Source: Psychrobacter sp. DM4 (GTDB lineage Bacteria > Pseudomonadota > Gammaproteobacteria > Pseudomonadales > Moraxellaceae). Taken from it: 32,000 bases of DNA. Positions 26,243-32,000 of this stretch are shown in pieces (position 1 is the stretch's first letter; each line of letters begins with the position of its first letter). Below the pieces are notes generated by a model, which worked only from the letters and a program-made list of their open reading frames with translations, did no database searches and was not told the DNA's origin. Where the stretch lies: the NCBI RefSeq assembly GCF_051307035.1, contig NZ_CP195536.1:1530001-1562000 (forward strand). Reading direction: 5' to 3'. The position numbers were made by a program, and so were the translations under genes.

Positions 26243-28708
26243 GTGTCAGAGATAAAACGCATTTTACAGCAGATTACCGCTTTGAGTGATGTACCTGAGC
26301 CCTCGATACTTAAGCGCTTGATAGATGAGCTACGCGTGACTGATAAGGAGCCGGCACTTGCCAATCAAAACATTCAAACCCTTATCGATATTCTAAGACA
26401 GCACCCAGAATATAGTGATGGTCTTGCCAGCTTTGTGCTTAAGCTTATCATCGAATACCGTCAGATTGCGCTATATACTGATACTGGTATTATGTCGGAT
26501 CAAGGATTTTTTAGTAGCTTTAGACGCTTGGTAGGTCATAGGTTTTTGCCGATATTACCGCAAGACGATTCTGTCGTTGAATTGGTCGGCTATCTGTTCG
26601 ATAAGCGTACCGATGAGCGCTGGCTTGCAAATATCGATAAAGAGAAGTGGGACATACTCGTTGAGCTACTCAAAGTCAAAGACAATCATCTTAACCTTGT
26701 CGCTACGGTAAAGAACAGTATCTTAAACGCTATTATCATTCTCTCATATCGAGTCACTGGCATCGGTCTACACCCTGATCTCATGGAAGCTTACCCACAG
26801 ATCTTAAACTATTCAGCATCCTTTGTTGCACAAAACCAAGAGGCGGTATTGTTCGTCAATCAATATCGGCAAGCACATGAACTTGATACCTTAACTGATA
26901 CTACTCCTGAAAAGGCTGTCGATCCTGCGCCGCTACTCGTTATGTTAGAGCAATGCGAGGATATAGTAGCAACAGTGCGCAAACGTATATACAAGACGGG
27001 GATATCTATTCGTCTAACCAACATGATGCTACGCTTGGATCAGAGCCTGGCTCGTATACGTGTCTTGACTGAACTGGTCACTAATGACCTTGAAAAACGC
27101 GATCGCGCGATTATCAATCTGATTCAAACTATCATCACGACAGCAAATCAGCGCTATAGTATCGGCTACTTGATCGATAATAATACCAAACTCCTCTCTC
27201 GCAAAGTCACTGAGAATGCCAGCCGCGTTGGTGAACACTATATTAGCACTGACAAAACCGGCTATCGCAAGATGTTCAAAAAGGCCTCCATCGGTGGGTT
27301 TATTATTGCCTTTATGGCCACCCTAAAGATTTTGGCTTATCACTTGGCGCTCGCTCCCATGGGACGCGCCTTTATCAATAGTATGATCTATGGTTTGGGC
27401 TTTGTTTTTATTCACATTGTTCACGGTACGGTTGCCACCAAGCAGCCAGCGATGACGGCGGCTGCCATCGCCTCAACGATCTCAGATGGCTCGGGCAAAA
27501 AGTCTCATCAACTGACCAAACTATCTGAATTGGTCGTCGATATTTTGCGTACGCAGTTCATCGCTATTATGGGCAACGTGTTGCTTGCGATACCAGTAGC
27601 ACTCATCATCTCATTCGCTTGGTTGCAATATACGGGCGTGTCAATGATAGACACCGAAAAAGCGGAACACCTGCTCCATGATCTTAATCCGTTTACTTCG
27701 CTTGCTCTGCCTCATGCGGCTATCGCTGGTGTGTATCTGTTCTTATCTGGTCTCATCGCAGGCTACTATGACAATTTGGCGGTCTACAATAATATTGGCG
27801 CGCGCATCCGCCGTCATCGATTACTACAGTTTTTATTGCCTAAAACTTGGCTGAGTCGCTTGGGCGGATTTATAGAGGCGAACTTGGGCGCTATTATGGG
27901 TAACTTCTTATTCGGGGTATTCTTAGGAAGTACAGCGACTATCGGTTATTTATTTGGCTTGCCCTTAGACATCCGCCACATTGCCTTTGCCTCAGCGAAC
28001 TTCGCTCACGGTATATTCAATGTGTCAGCTGATGATATCAGTTGGAGCGTAATCTTTTTATCGATACTTGGCGTTGCGCTCATCGGTATTGTCAATTTGA
28101 TGGTTAGCTTCTCGTTAGCGCTTTTTGTGGCTCTGCGCTCAAAAGAAGTACGGTTTTTTGAATGGGGTCGCCTAACCAAGCTGATTTTTGGTCATATTAT
28201 CAGTCATCCTTCAGACTTTTTTTGGCCACGCCAAAAACCTATGCAGTACGCGCGTATTGATAGCCAAGGTCATATGATTTTTGAAGACCTCTCTGGTCAA
28301 AACGGTGGTAAAGCTCTACCAAGCAACTATGTGATCAGACGCTTATCCGATGTCAAAATACTGCCCAAGTCTATGAAAGTTGCGAGCAAAGATAAGTCAT
28401 CCATGAGTGATATTAATTACGACGCTCAAGGGCAAGACAATACTACTGATCACAGTATCAGCGATAATAATAATCAAAATGAAGTCTGGACTGCGCATAC
28501 TGCCGCTATCAATACATCACCCAAAAAAGTCGTTGATCTCGATGACGGTTTATTCGATGAAGATCTAAATGGCGTTCCCTATACTGATGATATCCAGTAT
28601 GACAAACAAACAAAAACGCTAGGTTCTACTCAACAGACAGACGATGAAGCTCTAGCTGATCCCAAAATGCCATTACCAAAACCAAAAAAACCACCTAAAC
28701 TACCGTAG
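26243..28708 (+). CDS. Large polytopic inner-membrane protein of unknown function. It resembles the family usually annotated 'site-specific recombinase' (transmembrane type).
   Basis: 821 aa with a GTG start. About 345 aa form a helical soluble N-terminal region (LYTDTGIMSDQGFFSSFRRLVGHRFLP). About seven hydrophobic segments follow between roughly residues 345 and 665, including the motif GTVATKQPAMTAAAIAS. The final ~130 aa form an acidic then Lys/Pro-rich tail ending PKPKKPPKLP. The family assignment is from memory of those motifs and is not verified. Confidence 0.55.
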   Translation: MSEIKRILQQITALSDVPEPSILKRLIDELRVTDKEPALANQNIQTLIDILRQHPEYSDGLASFVLKLIIEYRQIALYTDTGIMSDQGFFSSFRRLVGHRFLPILPQDDSVVELVGYLFDKRTDERWLANIDKEKWDILVELLKVKDNHLNLVATVKNSILNAIIILSYRVTGIGLHPDLMEAYPQILNYSASFVAQNQEAVLFVNQYRQAHELDTLTDTTPEKAVDPAPLLVMLEQCEDIVATVRKRIYKTGISIRLTNMMLRLDQSLARIRVLTELVTNDLEKRDRAIINLIQTIITTANQRYSIGYLIDNNTKLLSRKVTENASRVGEHYISTDKTGYRKMFKKASIGGFIIAFMATLKILAYHLALAPMGRAFINSMIYGLGFVFIHIVHGTVATKQPAMTAAAIASTISDGSGKKSHQLTKLSELVVDILRTQFIAIMGNVLLAIPVALIISFAWLQYTGVSMIDTEKAEHLLHDLNPFTSLALPHAAIAGVYLFLSGLIAGYYDNLAVYNNIGARIRRHRLLQFLLPKTWLSRLGGFIEANLGAIMGNFLFGVFLGSTATIGYLFGLPLDIRHIAFASANFAHGIFNVSADDISWSVIFLSILGVALIGIVNLMVSFSLALFVALRSKEVRFFEWGRLTKLIFGHIISHPSDFFWPRQKPMQYARIDSQGHMIFEDLSGQNGGKALPSNYVIRRLSDVKILPKSMKVASKDKSSMSDINYDAQGQDNTTDHSISDNNNQNEVWTAHTAAINTSPKKVVDLDDGLFDEDLNGVPYTDDIQYDKQTKTLGSTQQTDDEALADPKMPLPKPKKPPKLP

Positions 28709-28740
28709 TAATTTCGTGGCTTGCCTGTACATACAACTAT

Positions 28741-28793
28741 AAAAAGAGTCTGATATCTAAGTGTTGAGCAGCTTAGTATAAGACCCTTTTTTT
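28741..28793. terminator. Long imperfect hairpin with flanking A/T runs between convergent genes (likely bidirectional terminator)
   Basis: AAAAAGAGTCTGATATCTAAG...CTTAGTATAAGACCCTTTTTTT. It lies between the stop at 28708 (+) and the apaH stop at 28802 (-). Confidence 0.5.
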
Positions 28794-28801
28794 AGTAATA
28801 A

Positions 28802-29641
28802 CTATTGTGGCGCTGGACACTGAGCGCTTGAGCGTATCATCTGAGCATCCTGTAATCGGTATGCCAATAATGCATTACCCCAGACACAGCCACCATCTAA
28901 TGCTCGAGCGTGAGGCAAATCGACCTCACCCTGTAAGGCAGCCCAATGCCCAAATAGTATCTTGCGGGTACGCGTAACTTGCCAGTTAAACCAAGGCGCA
29001 TAACCCTCTGGCATCGACTCATCTAGGCTAGCCGTGAAACTAAATTCAAGCGTGCCATCTTCGGTGCATAAACGCATACGCGTAAAGTAATTAGTAATAG
29101 CGCGCATCTTGGTGAAGCCATGAATACCCGTATGCCAATCGTCCGCAACTTTGCTATATAAATGCGGCAGTAGTCGATCTAATTGTTCAAGACTACCCTT
29201 TAGCTGAGCTTCTAGTTGCTTGGCATAACCTTCAGCTACGGCTATTGTCCAGTGCGGCGGAATGCCAGCATGCACCAGTACCGTATGCTCATCAGGATAA
29301 AGCAGTAGTGGCTGATGACGTAGCCAGCCCAATAGCTCATCGCAGTCGTCTGCTTCAAATATAGGAGCGGTCTTATCTTTTTTCTTAAGTTTAGCCGCGC
29401 TACGCCAAACCGCGATCAAATTGATATCGTGATTGCCGAGTACGGTAGCCGCTGCGCCCTGCTCACAAAGCGTTTTGATATGGCGCAAAGTGCTCAGTGA
29501 ATCCTCACCGCGTGCCACCAAATCACCTGCAAACCACAACTTGTCTTGTTTGGGATCAAAATCTAACTTTTTAAGTAATTGCAAAAACGCGGCGTGGCAA
29601 CCTTGCAAGTCACCGATGACATACTGATGGCGAAAGCTCAT
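28802..29641 (-). CDS. apaH: Bis(5'-nucleosyl)-tetraphosphatase, symmetrical (Ap4A hydrolase)
   Basis: 279 aa with YVIGDLQGCHAAFLQLLKKLDFDPKQDKLWFAGDLVARG...LGNHDINL...VLVHAGIPP...FGHWAAL. This is the metallophosphoesterase ApaH pattern. Confidence 0.95.
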   Translation of the reverse strand: MSFRHQYVIGDLQGCHAAFLQLLKKLDFDPKQDKLWFAGDLVARGEDSLSTLRHIKTLCEQGAAATVLGNHDINLIAVWRSAAKLKKKDKTAPIFEADDCDELLGWLRHQPLLLYPDEHTVLVHAGIPPHWTIAVAEGYAKQLEAQLKGSLEQLDRLLPHLYSKVADDWHTGIHGFTKMRAITNYFTRMRLCTEDGTLEFSFTASLDESMPEGYAPWFNWQVTRTRKILFGHWAALQGEVDLPHARALDGGCVWGNALLAYRLQDAQMIRSSAQCPAPQ

Positions 29642-29685
29642 AGATCCTCAATTTAATAAAATTCTAACCCTTTAAAACTTTATCT

Positions 29686-30549
29686 TCATGCCTCAACGCG
29701 CTTAGCTTGGTTGCTCAGATTCACAAAATCACTAACACTCAAAGTTTCAGGTCGCGCTTGCGGATCAATATGACAAATAGCAAAGTCATCTTCGCTTAGA
29801 GTCGGTAGCAATGTTGATTTTTTGAAAATAGCCCGCAAGGTTTTGCGGCGGTGATTAAAGGTCTCTCGTACTACGATGGCGAAGTATTCTTCGTCTTCAG
29901 CGACTACTGGTTTAGTAATATGCGGCGTTAAGCGAAAAACAGCACTTGTGACCTTAGGCGGTGGATTGAAAGCGCCGCGCGGTACAGTGAGCAGATAATC
30001 AGTCTCACAGTGATATTGCATAATCACTGACAGTCGGCCGTAAGTTTTGTTACCGACATCAGCGGTAATGCGCTCAACCACTTCTTTTTGCAGCATAAAG
30101 TGCATATCTTGAATGACATCAGCGAAGTCCAATAAATAAAACAATATGGGCGTCGAGATGTTATAAGGTAAGTTCCCCACCACTCGCAGTTTGCCGCGCT
30201 CTTCATTATATAGCTCACGGTAATCGACGTGCATAGCGTTGGCTTTTATTATCGTAAAGTTAGGATGACTGTTAGCACCGATACGGATACGTAAGCTATC
30301 TGCTAAATCTCGATCCAACTCAACCACAGTCATTGCATCGACCTCGCTTAATAACGGCTCAGTCAAGGCGCCCATACCAGGTCCAATCTCAATCAGATTG
30401 TCATCACGCTCCAAGCGAATACTATCAACGATTTGGCGAATAATACTACCATCATGCAAAAAGTTCTGCCCAAAACGCTTACGCGGCTGATGCTTGACTG
30501 TTTTTAGACTAGCGGCTAGTGTTTCGGCATTGAACGCGCTTTTTGACAT
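29686..30549 (-). CDS. rsmA: 16S rRNA (adenine1518/1519-N6)-dimethyltransferase
   Basis: 287 aa with [10 protein letters not shown]...[15 protein letters not shown]...VELDRDLA...[15 protein letters not shown]...[11 protein letters not shown]. This is the KsgA/RsmA pattern. Confidence 0.95.
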   Translation of the reverse strand: MSKSAFNAETLAASLKTVKHQPRKRFGQNFLHDGSIIRQIVDSIRLERDDNLIEIGPGMGALTEPLLSEVDAMTVVELDRDLADSLRIRIGANSHPNFTIIKANAMHVDYRELYNEERGKLRVVGNLPYNISTPILFYLLDFADVIQDMHFMLQKEVVERITADVGNKTYGRLSVIMQYHCETDYLLTVPRGAFNPPPKVTSAVFRLTPHITKPVVAEDEEYFAIVVRETFNHRRKTLRAIFKKSTLLPTLSEDDFAICHIDPQARPETLSVSDFVNLSNQAKRVEA

Positions 30550-30784
30550 AAATCATTCTTATTCTAATAAAGGACGAGACAAATTATATCATAGCTAATA
30601 ATGAACCACTGACTTTCAACACTACCTTCCAAAATAACTAGGAGCTCGTTTGTGCTTCTACTATTATCATATAATTTCTTACTAGCATCACATAATTGCG
30701 CGCTAGGTAATAACTTTACGAAGTGATGACTTTAATAAATGATGGTTTTATGATGTATAGACGAGCTAAAAAGCCAGAGTGCGT

Positions 30785-31843
30785 TCACTCTACCTCAGAT
30801 TTATCTGCCATCTCGTTTGCCATAACCAGTGCCTGATAAAGGCTGGTTGCACTAGCGCCGCCGCGCCCTGCCAAATCAAGTGCCGTACCATGATCAACCG
30901 AAGTGCGAATGTAAGGCAGACCGAGCGTTAAATTCACCGTATCACCGAAGCCGTGTGATTTTAGCACTGGCAATCCTTGATCATGATACATAGCAATGAC
31001 CGCATCGCAATTTGCTAGATGCCTTGGAGTAAATAGCGTGTCTGCTGGCATAGCTTCAGAGATATTAACGCCTTTGGTGATGAATTCTTGTAAGACAGGA
31101 TTGATAATATCACGCTCCTCAAGCCCTAAGTGACCGCCCTCGCCCGCGTGTGGATTGAGACCGCAAACTAAAATACGCGGCGCGTCCAGACCGAACTTAG
31201 TACGCATATCATCAAGGACGATCTGTACTGTTTGTCGTACATTGTCCTGAGTAATAGCTGTAGGGACGTCTCTAAGCGCTAAATGAGTCGTCACTAGAGC
31301 AACTTTCATCGCAGGATTGGCAAGCATCATTACCACTTTATCACGATGACTTTGTTGCATAAAAAACTCAGTGTGCCCGCTAAACATCGTGCCATCTAAT
31401 AGCTTGATATCGGCATCGATCAACGCTGACTTTTGCAAGGATCCTGTGATGATAGCAGCAACCGTTTTGTCTGCTGCCAGTTGATGCGCAAGCTCCAACT
31501 GCTTAGCAACCATAGCCGCGTTTTTTATCTCTATCTGACCTGCAACAACGGGTTTAGCACAAGGCGTATCTAATAACAAAAACGCGTCACTTGCCAAATC
31601 AATGTTATTTATATCGTCAGTTAGCGATAAAGAGGAATCGATAGATTGCCATTTAGGAGCAGTTTTTAGGACGCCTGCCGATACTAGAGCATCAGCGCGC
31701 GCTTGCATGGCTTGTTTGTCAGCGGTCACCCAGATAGGTCGTGCAAACTCTTGTAATTGACCTTGCGCAGCTAGTATCAGTAGGACGTCCATACCTATGC
31801 CCGCAGGCTCACCTGTTGTTATTAATAGCGGTTTATTTTGCAT
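30785..31843 (-). CDS. pdxA: 4-hydroxythreonine-4-phosphate dehydrogenase
   Basis: 352 aa with LLITTGEPAGIGMD...FSGHTEFF...LVTTHLALRDV...VCGLNPHAGEGGHLG...AMYHDQGLPVLK...NLTLGLPYIRTSVDHGTALDLAG. Confidence 0.95.
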   Translation of the reverse strand: MQNKPLLITTGEPAGIGMDVLLILAAQGQLQEFARPIWVTADKQAMQARADALVSAGVLKTAPKWQSIDSSLSLTDDINNIDLASDAFLLLDTPCAKPVVAGQIEIKNAAMVAKQLELAHQLAADKTVAAIITGSLQKSALIDADIKLLDGTMFSGHTEFFMQQSHRDKVVMMLANPAMKVALVTTHLALRDVPTAITQDNVRQTVQIVLDDMRTKFGLDAPRILVCGLNPHAGEGGHLGLEERDIINPVLQEFITKGVNISEAMPADTLFTPRHLANCDAVIAMYHDQGLPVLKSHGFGDTVNLTLGLPYIRTSVDHGTALDLAGRGGASATSLYQALVMANEMADKSEVE

Positions 31844-32000
31844 AGCAATACAGTCCTATTTGTTTTATAAGTATCTGATTTCATTTAAATAATATTTTAA
31901 TTATTATAAAAGTTTTATACGTATTAAGTGATTATATAATGATTAAGTTATGCAGATAATTTTTTATCTTAACCTTAAAGCATTCTCATAATGTGCTAGA

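Overview
This window reads as ordinary chromosomal core of an AT-leaning gammaproteobacterium. My unverified guess is Moraxellaceae (Psychrobacter/Acinetobacter-like). The guess rests on gene content, on gene order (a trpGDC cluster without trpE, ahcY-metF, pdxA-rsmA-apaH) and on frequent low-complexity insertions in housekeeping proteins. I can support 23 protein-coding genes: a partial YejA-like binding protein, serC, a holD-like gene, a SIMPL protein, a DUF4124-like protein, glnA, trpG, trpD, trpC, an smr gene, an alkA-like glycosylase, an MscS-family channel, a BtuB-like TonB-dependent receptor, ahcY, metF, rsmE, a PAS-GGDEF-EAL protein, two paralogous long acyl-CoA dehydrogenases, an 821-aa polytopic membrane protein, apaH, rsmA and pdxA. 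Two RNA elements are invisible to the ORF track: the SRP (4.5S) RNA gene at 2797-2905 (-) and an SAH riboswitch at 16273-16380 (+) in front of ahcY-metF. I also mark several rho-independent terminators, a candidate sigma-54 promoter for glnA and two short tandem repeats. I saw no integrase, transposase, CRISPR array, toxin-antitoxin pair or defence-island-like cluster, and I could not find a convincing multi-gene novel system. The most open items are: (1) the orphan 821-aa membrane protein, whose family annotation as I recall it ('site-specific recombinase') does not fit its architecture; (2) a psi (HolD)-like protein with a large acidic insertion; (3) a perfect 16-bp x3 tandem repeat in the 900-bp glnA/trpG intergenic region; (4) a BtuB-like receptor with a 590-bp upstream region and no recognisable cobalamin riboswitch. 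All family assignments come from motif recognition by eye; no searches were run.
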